From assembly GCA_036743455.1 (NCBI GenBank), contig DAINPM010000006.1:11187-75186 (forward strand): a DNA stretch of 64,000 nucleotides, given 5' to 3'. The stretch's first letter is position 1. Each line of letters starts with the position of its first letter. Origin of the DNA: Bacteroidales bacterium (GTDB taxonomy: Bacteria > Bacteroidota > Bacteroidia > Bacteroidales > VadinHA17). The notes below the pieces were generated by a model. The model was not told the origin of the DNA. It made no database searches and saw only the letters and a program-made list of their open reading frames with translations. This document shows positions 36,930 through 47,700 of the stretch, piece by piece. Made by a program: the position numbers and the translations under genes.

Positions 36930-37811
36930 ATGTTGCAAAGTGTTGCCATATTCAGTAAAGATACCAATATCAGGACGAAAGATGCCGTCCAGAAACTTAT
37001 TGATGAATTCAGCGCAAGAGGAATAGTTGTTCAGCTCTTTCAGCGATCCGGTGAAAAGAATCATCCCTACAGTGGTAGTACTCTTGTTTTTATTAAAGAC
37101 ATTAAATCCATATTATCACATTTGCCTGATATGATTTTCAGTGTGGGAGGTGATGGTACTTTCCTTGAGACTGTTCTCAGGGTGAAGGAAACGGGTGTTC
37201 CCGTTGCAGGTGTTAATACCGGGAGGATGGGTTTCCTTGCCAATATTCCAAATGAAGATCTGGATTTATCCGTTGATCTGTTGTGTAAGGGTAGTTATGA
37301 AATAGTTGAACGTTCAATGCTGGAAATACAAAGGCCTGCCGGATTGTTTGAAGGTGATGCTGCTTCGGCTTTGAATGAGATAACTATCCAGAAAGCCAGT
37401 ATGAGTATGATAACCATTCATGTCTATGTGAATGATGATTTTTTAAATACTTACTGGGCTGACGGATTGATAGTATCCACTGCTACAGGGTCAACAGCTT
37501 ATAATCTGAGTGTTGGAGGGCCTATTCTTTCTCCCGAAGATGAAAGTATTATCATTTCTCCCATATCACCACATAACCTTACTATCAGGCCTATCGTTCT
37601 TTCGGGAGAAAGCCGGCTCAGGATGATACTGGAAGCCAGGGCAGATGAATTCCTTGCTACCTGCGATTTCAGATACAGGAAACTTCCTTTAGGTGAAGAA
37701 ATACATATAGTGAGAAGTGATATCAGGCTGAAGACTGTGATGCTCAAGGGAAGAGGCTTTTACAGTACTTTACGTAACAGGTTGATGTGGGGTGCGGATA
37801 AAAGAAACTAA
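36930..37811 (+). CDS. nadK: NAD kinase
   Basis: GGDGTFL, NTGRMGFLA, LNE and ADGLIVSTATGSTAYNLS. Confidence 0.96.
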   Translation: MLQSVAIFSKDTNIRTKDAVQKLIDEFSARGIVVQLFQRSGEKNHPYSGSTLVFIKDIKSILSHLPDMIFSVGGDGTFLETVLRVKETGVPVAGVNTGRMGFLANIPNEDLDLSVDLLCKGSYEIVERSMLEIQRPAGLFEGDAASALNEITIQKASMSMITIHVYVNDDFLNTYWADGLIVSTATGSTAYNLSVGGPILSPEDESIIISPISPHNLTIRPIVLSGESRLRMILEARADEFLATCDFRYRKLPLGEEIHIVRSDIRLKTVMLKGRGFYSTLRNRLMWGADKRN

Positions 37812-37912
37812 AAAGCATCTGACAGGAATCACATATGGTATATTTGACTATTAATCTATATATTATTACTAATTTTGTATATTAATCTTACTTGCTCTAA
37901 AAATTAGATTCT

Positions 37913-37920
37913 TATATTTG
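37913..37920 (+). promoter_or_regulatory. -7 promoter element TATATTTG for the DUF6089-uppS-bamA operon
   Basis: Exact match; a second match (TAATTTTG) lies at 37870-37877. Confidence 0.55.
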
Positions 37921-37944
37921 TAACAGCAATAAAAAAAGCATAAA

Positions 37945-38691
37945 ATGAAAAGAACCCTTCTTGTTGTTTTAATATCCTGCCTGGTTGTCCCTTTTTCTTA
38001 TGGTCAGTTATGGAAGATGAGAAGATGGGAACTGGTGGGTGGTGCAGGCCCTTCTTTTTTCTTTGGGGATGTGGGAGGTTATTCCCGTACGGATAATTTA
38101 CTGGGTTTTCGTGACATTACTTATCTGCAGACACGTTATAATATTAACGGAAACCTGAAGTACAGGGCCACAAGGGTGATGAATCTAAGGCTCAGTTTCA
38201 CGTATGCTATTTTCAATGCCACTGATATCCGGGGATCAAATGAAAACAGGGAATACCAATCCATGACATCTCTTTTCGAACCTTCTTTTATCGGAGAGTA
38301 TTATTTCATAAAGAACAGGGCTGAGATGAGCTATCTTTTTTTAAAGGGCCGCAGAAGCTTTTTTTCGCAGATAATGCGCTCACTTGACTTTTATGCTTTT
38401 ACAGGTATCGGGGGAGCAGCCTATACTGTTAAACCTAATGATGCTCTTCTGGACAGAGATATGCCTACAGAAGGATTTGCTGCCATTATACCTGTAGGAA
38501 TAGGGACCACCCTTATATACAATCCCAATATCAATTTCGGGGTAGAACTGGGTGGAAGATATGCATTGTCTGATTATCTTGACGGATATACTTCACAATT
38601 TTCCAAGGCAAATGACGTTTATTATTTTTTAAACTTTACTTTGACATACAAACTGAAGACGGGCCCAAGGGGCTGGCCATCTTTCAGATAA
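37945..38691 (+). CDS. DUF6089-type outer-membrane beta-barrel (PorG-like), copy 1
   Basis: Signal peptide, FFGDVGG, IPVGIG, RY..SDYLDG and NDVYYF..F.LTYK. Confidence 0.7.
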   Translation: MKRTLLVVLISCLVVPFSYGQLWKMRRWELVGGAGPSFFFGDVGGYSRTDNLLGFRDITYLQTRYNINGNLKYRATRVMNLRLSFTYAIFNATDIRGSNENREYQSMTSLFEPSFIGEYYFIKNRAEMSYLFLKGRRSFFSQIMRSLDFYAFTGIGGAAYTVKPNDALLDRDMPTEGFAAIIPVGIGTTLIYNPNINFGVELGGRYALSDYLDGYTSQFSKANDVYYFLNFTLTYKLKTGPRGWPSFR

Positions 38692-38712
38692 TAATGAACG
38701 GGGTCATTTTTA

Positions 38713-39390
38713 ATGAAACGATTACCTTGGATTATCTTTCTAATAGGCATTTTCACTTCCGCTGCAGGGCAGCGTAGTGCGGATTATGGTATTATAGGCG
38801 GAATATCATCATACCTCGGAGATATCAATCCAAACAAACTTCTCTATTCCCCTCAGCCGGCCGGCGGAGTTTTTTACAGATATAATCTCCATCCTCGGCA
38901 GTCACTGAGGGCTAATATACTTTACGGAGGGATAAGAGGCAGTGACCTTGATTTCAATAACAGCTTCCAGCAATCCAGAGCAGAATCTTTTTCAGCTACA
39001 ATAGGAGAAGTAGCTTTGCAGTTTGAATTCAATTTCTTACCATATACCACCCTGGGCAAAATCTGGGATTTCACGCCCTATATTGCTGCAGGAGCCGGTG
39101 TGGCATTTATTAATTCTGAATATTCTTCCATTGAACCGGTAATCCCGTTTTCATTTGGTTTTAAGGTAAATATCCATAAAAATATGGGTCTTGAGGCAGA
39201 ATATGGATTTCGTAAATCTTTTTATGATAACTTTGACGGGCTTAACGATATGGTATCTCCGTCAGATTACGGATTGATTCATAACAATGACTGGTATTCA
39301 TTTATGGGTCTGGCATTCACCTGGAAGATATTTAACAGAATGACAGGTTGTCCTACCTATAATGATGTAGATGGTAAAAGAAAACGGTAG
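38713..39390 (+). CDS. DUF6089-type outer-membrane beta-barrel (PorG-like), copy 2
   Basis: YLGDIN, IPFSFGFK, R.SFYDNFDG and NNDWYSF.G..FTWK; directly before uppS. Confidence 0.75.
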   Translation: MKRLPWIIFLIGIFTSAAGQRSADYGIIGGISSYLGDINPNKLLYSPQPAGGVFYRYNLHPRQSLRANILYGGIRGSDLDFNNSFQQSRAESFSATIGEVALQFEFNFLPYTTLGKIWDFTPYIAAGAGVAFINSEYSSIEPVIPFSFGFKVNIHKNMGLEAEYGFRKSFYDNFDGLNDMVSPSDYGLIHNNDWYSFMGLAFTWKIFNRMTGCPTYNDVDGKRKR

Positions 39391-39393
39391 AAT

Positions 39394-40167
39394 ATGTCAT
39401 TAATAAAGGAAATTAATAAATCACAGCTTCCACGGCATATTGCAATAATCATGGATGGGAATGGCAGATGGGCTCTCAGACATGGTAAGGACAGGATATT
39501 CGGGCACCACCAGGGGGTGAAATCAGTAAGAGTGATAATTGAAACTGCAGCTGAATTTGGAATAAGCTACCTGACTCTTTATGCTTTTTCCACTGAAAAC
39601 TGGGAAAGACCTGATGAAGAAGTTGCAGCATTAATGGGACTAATGGTTCAGTCACTTAATGATGAAACCGATACCCTTCTGAAGAATAACATCAGGCTCT
39701 CAGCAATAGGAGATATTGACAGGCTTGATGAAGATGTAAAGAAAAGATTATCCGAGACTATCCAGGTAACATCGGTTTCAACAGGCCTTAATCTTGTTGT
39801 GGCTCTTAGCTACAGTTCACGCTGGGAAATAATAAAGGCCGTAAAACAAATAGCCGGTGAAGTGGCAAGCGGTAATCTGGCGGTAAACACAATTGATCAA
39901 TCCCTCTTTGATCATTACCTGTCAACAAAAGAGTTACCCGATCCTGATCTGTTGATAAGGACAAGTGGTGAATTGAGATTAAGTAATTTCCTTCTTTGGC
40001 AATTGGCTTACAGTGAGTTGTATTTTACAGAAATACTTTGGCCTGATTTTGGTAAGGAGGATTTTTATAAGGCAATTATTGAATATCAGAAAAGAGAAAG
40101 ACGGTTTGGCAAAACAAGCGAACAGATATCTGAGAAAAAGTGTAATGATGGAGAGAAATCATTTTAA
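39394..40167 (+). CDS. uppS: Undecaprenyl diphosphate synthase
   Basis: [21 protein letters not shown] and [15 protein letters not shown]. Confidence 0.97.
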   Translation: MSLIKEINKSQLPRHIAIIMDGNGRWALRHGKDRIFGHHQGVKSVRVIIETAAEFGISYLTLYAFSTENWERPDEEVAALMGLMVQSLNDETDTLLKNNIRLSAIGDIDRLDEDVKKRLSETIQVTSVSTGLNLVVALSYSSRWEIIKAVKQIAGEVASGNLAVNTIDQSLFDHYLSTKELPDPDLLIRTSGELRLSNFLLWQLAYSELYFTEILWPDFGKEDFYKAIIEYQKRERRFGKTSEQISEKKCNDGEKSF

Positions 40168-42658
40168 AAAGATTATTGCGGGGTTGTTAATGATTGTGAC
40201 TTGTATTCCTCTGTTTTCTCAGGAGAAAGCAGAGATTTTAGATTATTCAAGATCAGATATATATGTTTTGGGAGGTATTACCATTTCAGGGATCAGATTC
40301 CTTGATCTTAACGCTCTGGTGGGCTTGTCAGGACTGAAAGAGGGACAGGAAATGAGAATACCCGGAGAAACTATTTCCAATGCCGCCAAGAAACTATGGA
40401 ATCAGGGTCTGTTTTCTGATGTCAGGATCACGATTGACAGCCTGAAAGCAGATACAGCATTCCTCAATATTTATCTCCAGGAAAGACCAAGATTGTCATC
40501 TATCAGTTTCACAGGACTTAAGACTACAGAAATAGATGATATTACCGATAAAATCAATATGCCTATAGGATCACAGATAACTTCATATATTCTTGAAAAT
40601 ACCAGAAAGATCATAATTGATCATTTTGTGGAAAAAGGGTTCCTTAATACAACAGTTGATTTTATTCAGAAAGATGATCCCGCACAGCCAAATAATATGA
40701 CCCTTACAGTAAATGTTGACAAGAAGGATAAAGTTAAGATAGAGGAGATAACCTTCAGGGGGAATGAATATTTTGATGAGAAGAAACTCCGGCGCCAGAT
40801 GAAAGATACGAAACAGAGGGATCTCAATATATTCAAACCATCAAAGTACATTGGGGAAAAATATGAAGAGGATAAGAAAAATCTTATCACTTTTTATAAT
40901 GATAACGGATTCAGGGACTTTGAGATCGTTTCCGATTCAATGTACTGGATATCCGAGGACCGGGTTGGTATTCAGATTACTGTTGATGAAGGCAATCAGT
41001 ATTTCCTCAGGGATGTTGAATGGGTGGGCAACAGTGTGTACAGGAAAGAGGATCTTGAAAGGGTTTTTAACATCACTAAGGGATCGGTTTATAACCAGAC
41101 ACTTATAAATGACAGGCTTACAGGAGCCAGTGGAGCAGAAGATGCTGTGAGTAATCTCTATCTCGACTATGGTTATCTGACCTCTCAGCTGACTCCCGTG
41201 GAGGCAAATATAGAAAACGATTCTATTGATCTTCAGATAAGAATATACGAAGGTGAACAGTCTTATATAAATGATATAATCATTACTGGTAATACAAGGA
41301 CGAATGAGCATGTGCCACGACGTGAGCTCTATACTCTTCCCGGTGATCTTTTCAGTAAGTCGGATATAATGCGATCTATCCGCCAGCTTGGTGTTCTGGG
41401 CCATTTCGATCCCGAGAAGATCAATCCCATCCCACAGTCCGACATAACTACAGGAACAGTGGATCTGCTTTACCAGCTTGAAGAAAAGGCTAATGATCAG
41501 TTTGAGATATCAGGAGGCTGGGGAGCCGGAATGTTGGTCGGGACTGTCGGTGTCAGATTCAATAATTTCGCTATGCGTAATTTCTTTGATCTGAAAGAAT
41601 GGAGGCCTTATCCTTCCGGAGACGGACAGTCTCTTAGTATAAGAGCACAATCGAACGGACGTTATTATCAGTCATATAACCTGTCATTCAGTGAACCATG
41701 GCTGGGAGGCAAGAAACCAAATTCATTTTCAGTATCGATGTACAGGTCGTTGATGAGTAACGGAGCAAAGAAAAGTTCTGACAGTTACCAGTCTATGGTC
41801 ATCAGCGGAGCTGCTTTGGGCCTGGGCAAAAGGCTGGAATGGCCCGACGATTACTTCTCCTTATACGGAGAATTGAATTATCAGCGCTACGATCTGAATG
41901 ATTATAACTACTATCAGTTCCTTTTTGAAAAAGGGCAGTCCAATCTGCTGAGCTTTACAGGAAGGATATCCAGGTTCTCTGTAGGACCTAACCTTATCTA
42001 TCCAAGAAGAGGATCATCCTTTACCTTATCCCTGCAGATAACACCTCCCTATACCGCCATTAGCGGAAAAAGGATGACTAACGTGTCTGATGAGATAAAA
42101 TATAAATGGATAGAATTTCATAAATGGGTCTTTAAATCGGAAAGTTATTTTCCTCTTGAACGCAACGAAAAGCTTATTTTAAGTGCACGCTTTGGATTCG
42201 GTTATCTGGGACATTACAACAAGGATATAGGACCTTCTCCCTTTGAGAATTTCTATATAGGAGGTGATGGTATGACCGGATATAGTTTTTACGGACGTGA
42301 GGTTATTGCCCTCAGAGGATATACTAACGGATCTCTTACTCCGGTAGATCCCGAATCAAACGCTCCTGCTGGTAATGTCTATTCAAAGATCACTTTTGAA
42401 CTCAGATACCCCGTGTCTCTTAATAATCAGGCAACAATATACGGTCTCGTATTTCTGGAAGCAGGAAGGGCATGGAAGGATATCAGGGATTATAATCCTT
42501 TCAGAATGAACAGGGCTGCCGGGGTAGGAATAAGAGCTAATCTGCCTATGTTCGGACTCCTTGGTGTAGACTGGGGTTATGGCTTTGATGATGTCCCCAC
42601 AAATAAGACCGATGCCAATAAAGGACAAATTCATTTTGTGATAGGTCAGCAGTTTTAA
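40145..42658 (+). CDS. bamA: Outer-membrane assembly factor BamA
   Basis: POTRA repeats, GNTRTNE..RREL, LRGY and C-terminal HFVIGQQF. Start moved to the ATG at 40145. Confidence 0.96.
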   Translation: MMERNHFKKIIAGLLMIVTCIPLFSQEKAEILDYSRSDIYVLGGITISGIRFLDLNALVGLSGLKEGQEMRIPGETISNAAKKLWNQGLFSDVRITIDSLKADTAFLNIYLQERPRLSSISFTGLKTTEIDDITDKINMPIGSQITSYILENTRKIIIDHFVEKGFLNTTVDFIQKDDPAQPNNMTLTVNVDKKDKVKIEEITFRGNEYFDEKKLRRQMKDTKQRDLNIFKPSKYIGEKYEEDKKNLITFYNDNGFRDFEIVSDSMYWISEDRVGIQITVDEGNQYFLRDVEWVGNSVYRKEDLERVFNITKGSVYNQTLINDRLTGASGAEDAVSNLYLDYGYLTSQLTPVEANIENDSIDLQIRIYEGEQSYINDIIITGNTRTNEHVPRRELYTLPGDLFSKSDIMRSIRQLGVLGHFDPEKINPIPQSDITTGTVDLLYQLEEKANDQFEISGGWGAGMLVGTVGVRFNNFAMRNFFDLKEWRPYPSGDGQSLSIRAQSNGRYYQSYNLSFSEPWLGGKKPNSFSVSMYRSLMSNGAKKSSDSYQSMVISGAALGLGKRLEWPDDYFSLYGELNYQRYDLNDYNYYQFLFEKGQSNLLSFTGRISRFSVGPNLIYPRRGSSFTLSLQITPPYTAISGKRMTNVSDEIKYKWIEFHKWVFKSESYFPLERNEKLILSARFGFGYLGHYNKDIGPSPFENFYIGGDGMTGYSFYGREVIALRGYTNGSLTPVDPESNAPAGNVYSKITFELRYPVSLNNQATIYGLVFLEAGRAWKDIRDYNPFRMNRAAGVGIRANLPMFGLLGVDWGYGFDDVPTNKTDANKGQIHFVIGQQF

Positions 42659-42680
42659 TAGTTAGTTAAATTTAGAAATT

Positions 42681-43196
42681 ATGAAAAAGTTAATAATAAT
42701 AACAGGAATGTTAATTCTGACAGCCGCTGTAGCTACAGCTCAGAAATATGCGTTCGTAGATACTGAATATATCAGAAGGAATATACCCGCTTTCGAAACA
42801 GCACAACAGCAACTCGATAAACTCTCAGAACAATGGGAAAAAGAGATTGCTGACGGTTATGCGGCTATTGAACAGATGTATAAATCGTACCAGAATGAAG
42901 CTCCTTTGCTTTCACAGGATATGAAAATCCAAAGAGAAGAAGCTATTATCAACAGGGAAAAAGAAATAAAAGAACTTCAAAACAGATATTTCGGCATGGA
43001 AGGAGAACTCTTTAAGAAAAGGGAAGAACTGGTTAAACCTCTCCAGGATGAAATACTTAAGGCAATAAAAGACATTGCCGTGGAAGGCAGTTATGCAGTT
43101 ATATTCGATTCTGCTTCAGGAGGTAACATACTCTTTGCCAATCCTAAATACGATATAAGTGACGAGGTTCTTGAAAGATTAGGTTATAATAATTAA
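42681..43196 (+). CDS. ompH: OmpH/Skp chaperone
   Basis: AQKYAFVDTEYI..LVKPLQDEI...YDISDEVL. Confidence 0.92.
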   Translation: MKKLIIITGMLILTAAVATAQKYAFVDTEYIRRNIPAFETAQQQLDKLSEQWEKEIADGYAAIEQMYKSYQNEAPLLSQDMKIQREEAIINREKEIKELQNRYFGMEGELFKKREELVKPLQDEILKAIKDIAVEGSYAVIFDSASGGNILFANPKYDISDEVLERLGYNN

Positions 43197-43201
43197 ATAA
43201 T

Positions 43202-43209
43202 TACATTTG
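43202..43209 (+). promoter_or_regulatory. Internal -7 element TACATTTG before the second ompH
   Basis: Exact match in a 36-nt intergenic gap. Confidence 0.45.
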
Positions 43210-43232
43210 CATAATTTAATATACAGAATACA

Positions 43233-43745
43233 ATGAAAAGGATAATAGGAATAGCTGCTCTGATCGTTTTCGGTGTTTGTACAGTCGGAGCGCAGACTTT
43301 AAAATTCGGACATGTCAATAGTGAAGAACTTATCAGGATAATGCCGGAATTTGATACAGCCAGTGTTCAGCTGGAAAGTTTACAGACAGAACTTATCAAT
43401 ACACTTGAACTGATGTCGGTAGAGCTTAATAATAAAAGTGAACAGTATAATAAGGAAAGTGCCAATTTGACTGCCATTGTCAGACAGACAAAGGAACAGG
43501 AACTAATGGATCTGAACAGAAGGATACAGGAATTTCAGACAAATGCCCAGCAACAATTGCAGGATAAACAGTTAGAGCTTTTCAATCCGATTTATACAAA
43601 GGTTGATAATATTATTAAAGAGATAGGTAAAGAAAACGGGTTTATTTACGTTTTCGACATATCAAAAGGGTCATTACTCTATTTTGATGAATCCAGGAGT
43701 ACAGATATTATGCCTCTTGCAAAAGCAAAACTTGGTATTAAGTAA
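43233..43745 (+). CDS. ompH: OmpH/Skp chaperone, second copy
   Basis: KFGHVNS.ELI..MPE and PIYTKV..GF.YVFD. Confidence 0.92.
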   Translation: MKRIIGIAALIVFGVCTVGAQTLKFGHVNSEELIRIMPEFDTASVQLESLQTELINTLELMSVELNNKSEQYNKESANLTAIVRQTKEQELMDLNRRIQEFQTNAQQQLQDKQLELFNPIYTKVDNIIKEIGKENGFIYVFDISKGSLLYFDESRSTDIMPLAKAKLGIK

Positions 43746-43765
43746 AATACGAAACATAACAGACC

Positions 43766-43799
43766 GACCATCTGTCTGCTGGCGGATGGTCATTTTTTT
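43766..43799 (+). terminator. Rho-independent terminator
   Basis: GACCATCTGTC-TGCT-GGCGGATGGTC stem (two G-U pairs) followed by ATTTTTTT. Confidence 0.7.
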
Positions 43800-43813
43800 A
43801 AATAATCGATGAA

Positions 43814-44623
43814 GTGAACGATCAGCCGGTTGGTATTTTTGATTCCGGTGTAGGCGGACTTACAGTAGCTCATGCAATAAAACAGCTTTTACCGGGAGAA
43901 AGCATCCTCTATTTTGGTGATACAGCTCACCTTCCTTATGGTGATAAATCGGCTGAATCAATAAAATCCTATTCCCGGCGTATAACAGAATTTCTTCTCA
44001 GCCATAATGCCAAAGTTGTTTTAGTGGCATGTAATTCAGCTTCAGCTTCTGCTTATGATACACTGAAGGAAGAATTTGGAGAAAAGGTTATCCTTATGGA
44101 TGTTATCGACCCTGTTGTAACTTATCTTACTGAAAAAAAATTCACAAAAGTTGGGATAATTGGGACAAAAAGAACCATAGAATCACAGACATACGATACA
44201 AAAATAGGTCTTACATCCCCTGGCACAAAAGTTGTTTCAATGGCTACTCCCCTTCTGGTACCAATGATAGAGGAAGGATTTATTTTTGATGATATCAGTA
44301 ATGCTATTCTCAGAGCTTACCTGTCAGATAATATTTTTCAGGGAATAGATGCACTCGTTCTGGGCTGTACTCATTACCCTATAATAAAAAACCAGATAAA
44401 CCGGATATTTAATTTCAGTATCGAAGTGATTGATTCAGCCAGGATAGTGTCAGTGATGCTTCGTGATATACTTGAAGAAAATAAGCTTCTCAATAATTCA
44501 GGAAAAGTACAGGACTTGTTTTTTATTTCAGAATATACTCCTTTTTTTGGCAAAATTGCCGGAATGTTTTTTGAAGGAGAGATAAATCTGTCAAGGGCAG
44601 ATATATGGAGTCACAAGGCCTGA
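43814..44623 (+). CDS. murI: Glutamate racemase
   Basis: FDSGVGGLTV, GDTAHLPYG, ACNSAS and LGCTHYP. Confidence 0.96.
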   Translation: MNDQPVGIFDSGVGGLTVAHAIKQLLPGESILYFGDTAHLPYGDKSAESIKSYSRRITEFLLSHNAKVVLVACNSASASAYDTLKEEFGEKVILMDVIDPVVTYLTEKKFTKVGIIGTKRTIESQTYDTKIGLTSPGTKVVSMATPLLVPMIEEGFIFDDISNAILRAYLSDNIFQGIDALVLGCTHYPIIKNQINRIFNFSIEVIDSARIVSVMLRDILEENKLLNNSGKVQDLFFISEYTPFFGKIAGMFFEGEINLSRADIWSHKA

Positions 44624-44735
44624 CGAGCATTCCTGCAACCAGTTTTTATAACTGTCAGGATGACTATGTTCACAAAACATGATCAAAATCATTTCCATTT
44701 GTTATAAAATTATATGTCTTTCAAACTTAAAAAGC

Positions 44736-44743
44736 TAATTTTG
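44736..44743 (+). promoter_or_regulatory. -7 promoter element TAATTTTG for korAB
   Basis: Exact match 56 nt upstream of the ATG at 44800. Confidence 0.5.
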
Positions 44744-44799
44744 TTTATCTTAAACAGGTATAGGTATTAATTATCCGAATAGCATAAGACAGGTAAATC

Positions 44800-46644
44800 A
44801 TGACCAGAAATTCAAAGGTTATAAAGAGGGAAGAGGTCGTAATCCGTTTTTCAGGCGATTCCGGAGATGGGATGCAGTTGACAGGGACGCTTTTTTCTGA
44901 TACTGCAGCACTGACAGGTAACGATCTCGCAACATTTCCCGATTACCCGGCAGAGATAAGGGCTCCACAGGGGACTGTGGGCGGTGTGTCCGGTTTTCAG
45001 GTTCATCTTGGACATTCTGAAATACAAACACCCGGCGATTATGCCGATGTTCTGGTAGCCATGAACCCTGCAGCAATAAAGGCAAATGCCTGTTGGGTTA
45101 AACCCGGAGGGACAATCATCTATGATAAAGATAATTTTACTGAAAAGAATATAATAAAAGCCGGTTATCTGAAAGATCCTGTTGCCGAGGAAAAACTTGA
45201 GACCTATAACATTATTCCTGCTCCTATTTCTTCTATGGTCAGGGAAGCGCTTAAAAATTTTGGTCTTGATGCCAAATCTGTTCTCAGGACGAAGAATATG
45301 TTTGCTTTGGGAATGGTTTACTGGCTTTTTGACAGAAAGCTAAAGTATACAGAACAATATTTCGATCAGAAGTTTTCTGACAGGCCCGAGATATCGGAAG
45401 CCAATAAGGTGGCTCTCAGAAAGGGTTTTTACTATGCCGAGACAATACAGGCCCTCAATCCTGTCATCAGGATTGAGCCGGCAGCTATTGAGCCCGGTAC
45501 TTACCGTAATATTTGCGGCAATGTAGCCACTGCCTGGGGTTTACTTGCTGCTGCCGAAAAAGCCCGATTGAAATTATTCATTGGCTCTTATCCGATCACT
45601 CCTGCCACAGGTATCCTCGAGGAACTGGCAGCAAGAAAAGATCTGGGTGTTATAAGTATGCAGGCAGAAGATGAGATATCAGGTATATGTTCTGCTCTTG
45701 GAGCAAGTTTTGCCGGACGACTGGCTGTTACTTCCACATCGGGTCCGGGCATGGCTCTTAAATCTGAGGCAATTGGTCTGGCCGTTATGGCAGAATTACC
45801 TGTGGTTATTGTAGACGTTCAGAGGGGTGGCCCTTCAACAGGTCTTCCCACCAAAACAGAGCAGGCAGATCTCATGCAGGCACTCTACGGAAGACACGGA
45901 GAATGTCCATTAGTAGTAATCGCTGCCAGTTCATCAGGTGATTGTTTCCATTTTGCTTTTGAAGCAGCCAGAATAGCCCTGGAACATATGACACCAGTTA
46001 TTCTCCTTAGCGACAGCCTGCTTGCTAATGGCTCAGAACCCTGGAAAATACCAGCAATGAGCGAACTCCCTGAAATAAAGCCACCTTATGCAGATATGAA
46101 TAAGATACCCTTTCTGCCCTATGAACGCGATGACAAAACATTTGTCAGAAACTGGGCAATTCCCGGGACACCAGGACTGGAACACAGAATAGGAGGTTTG
46201 GAGAAAACAATAAAGGGGACAGTATCATATATCCCGGAAAATCACGAATATATGGTGAAAACAAGAGATGCTAAAATAGCTGCAGTAGCAAACTTTATTC
46301 CTGGTATTGAGGTTATCGGGAAATATACAGGGGACTTACTTATTACCGGATGGGGAAGTTCCGGGCCTTACCTCAGAACGGCAGCGAATGAGTTACAGTC
46401 TGAAGGATATGAAGTAAGCTTCGCCCAGTTTAACTATATTAATCCTCTTCCCAAAAATGTAAGTACCATATTCAGCCGGTTCAAAAAAATAGCTGTCGGG
46501 GAACTTAACCTCGGTCAGTTTGCAGATTATCTGAGAATAAAACATCCCGGATTTTCTTACAATAGTATCAATAAGGTTAAGGGGATGCCCTTTACTATTA
46601 AAGAAATAAAGGAAAGTTGTATTAAAATACTGGAGGCTAAATAG
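44800..46644 (+). CDS. korA: 2-oxoacid:ferredoxin oxidoreductase alpha subunit (fused gamma-alpha)
   Basis: FSGDSGDGMQLTG, YPAEIRAP, SYPITPA and QRGGPSTGLPTK. Confidence 0.93.
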   Translation: MTRNSKVIKREEVVIRFSGDSGDGMQLTGTLFSDTAALTGNDLATFPDYPAEIRAPQGTVGGVSGFQVHLGHSEIQTPGDYADVLVAMNPAAIKANACWVKPGGTIIYDKDNFTEKNIIKAGYLKDPVAEEKLETYNIIPAPISSMVREALKNFGLDAKSVLRTKNMFALGMVYWLFDRKLKYTEQYFDQKFSDRPEISEANKVALRKGFYYAETIQALNPVIRIEPAAIEPGTYRNICGNVATAWGLLAAAEKARLKLFIGSYPITPATGILEELAARKDLGVISMQAEDEISGICSALGASFAGRLAVTSTSGPGMALKSEAIGLAVMAELPVVIVDVQRGGPSTGLPTKTEQADLMQALYGRHGECPLVVIAASSSGDCFHFAFEAARIALEHMTPVILLSDSLLANGSEPWKIPAMSELPEIKPPYADMNKIPFLPYERDDKTFVRNWAIPGTPGLEHRIGGLEKTIKGTVSYIPENHEYMVKTRDAKIAAVANFIPGIEVIGKYTGDLLITGWGSSGPYLRTAANELQSEGYEVSFAQFNYINPLPKNVSTIFSRFKKIAVGELNLGQFADYLRIKHPGFSYNSINKVKGMPFTIKEIKESCIKILEAK

Positions 46645-46645
46645 T

Positions 46646-47668
46646 ATGGAAGAAAAGATATCCAATAATCATACTATGAAAGATTTTAAAAGTGACCAGG
46701 AGGTAAGATGGTGCCCGGGTTGCGGAAATCATGCAGTGCTGAATGCTGTCCAAAAAGCACTGGCTCAAATGAATATTTTCAGGGAGAATTATGTGTTTGT
46801 CTCAGGAATAGGTTGTTCGTCCAGGTTCCCTTATTATATTAATACCTACGGTTTTCATGGAATTCATGGCAGGGCCGCAGCTATAGCCACAGGAATAAAA
46901 ACAGCAAACCCGCAATTATCAGTGTGGACTATCACTGGAGACGGTGATGCTCTGGCTATAGGCGGGAATCATTTTATCCATGCTATACGCCGGAATGTAG
47001 ACATTAATATCATATTGTTCAACAACGAAATATACGGACTTACCAAAGGGCAGTATTCACCTACTTCCGTCAGAGGTCTCGTTACAAAAACATCTCCTTT
47101 TGGCACTGTTGAGGAACCTTTTTCAGTGGGAGATCTGGTGATAGGAGCCAGAGGTAAATTCTTTGCCCGTACCATCGATACCATGGTTACACTGTCAACT
47201 GACATTTATGTGGAAGCTGAGAGACACCGTGGTACGTCAGTGGTGGAAGTACTTCAAAACTGTGTGATTTTCAATGATGGTGTACATGATAATATTGCAG
47301 GAAAAGATGTCAGGGCTGACCGTACTATTGTACTGAAACATGGTAAACCGATGGTTTTCGGAAAGAACAACGACAAGGGTCTTATTCTCGACGGATTAAA
47401 AATAAAGGTTGTAAGACTGGGAGAAAACAATATAACAGAAAAAGACCTTCTTGTTCATGATGCCACGGAACCAAACCCCGGGATCCATTATATGCTGTCT
47501 AATATGAAATATCCCGATTATCCTGTGGCTCTTGGAGTTATAAGGTCGGTGGAAGGACGTACCTATGATGCTGATATAGAAAAACAAATCTCTGATATTC
47601 AGAACAAATCCAGAATAAAGTGTATGGATGATCTGTTAATGAGTGGTTCAACATGGAAAATAAAGTGA
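46646..47668 (+). CDS. korB: 2-oxoacid:ferredoxin oxidoreductase beta subunit
   Basis: WCPGCG, SGIGCSSR, GDGD...IGGNH and NNEIYGLTKGQ. Confidence 0.94.
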   Translation: MEEKISNNHTMKDFKSDQEVRWCPGCGNHAVLNAVQKALAQMNIFRENYVFVSGIGCSSRFPYYINTYGFHGIHGRAAAIATGIKTANPQLSVWTITGDGDALAIGGNHFIHAIRRNVDINIILFNNEIYGLTKGQYSPTSVRGLVTKTSPFGTVEEPFSVGDLVIGARGKFFARTIDTMVTLSTDIYVEAERHRGTSVVEVLQNCVIFNDGVHDNIAGKDVRADRTIVLKHGKPMVFGKNNDKGLILDGLKIKVVRLGENNITEKDLLVHDATEPNPGIHYMLSNMKYPDYPVALGVIRSVEGRTYDADIEKQISDIQNKSRIKCMDDLLMSGSTWKIK

Positions 47669-47700
47669 TTTTTTACTAACAGGTTTTTCTTAAAAAAAAT

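Noticed and set aside
40013-40144. Longer ORF-track starts for bamA (40013), mqnD (56806), pcrB (12107) and the dipeptidase (24590)
   Set aside because: They overlap upstream genes extensively or add non-homologous residues. Downstream ATGs give proper signal peptides or family N-termini.
44635-44657. GCAACC...TGTCA upstream of korA as a second target of the ECF sigma
   Set aside because: The spacer is only 12 nt versus 16 nt at 59581, too short for a promoter.
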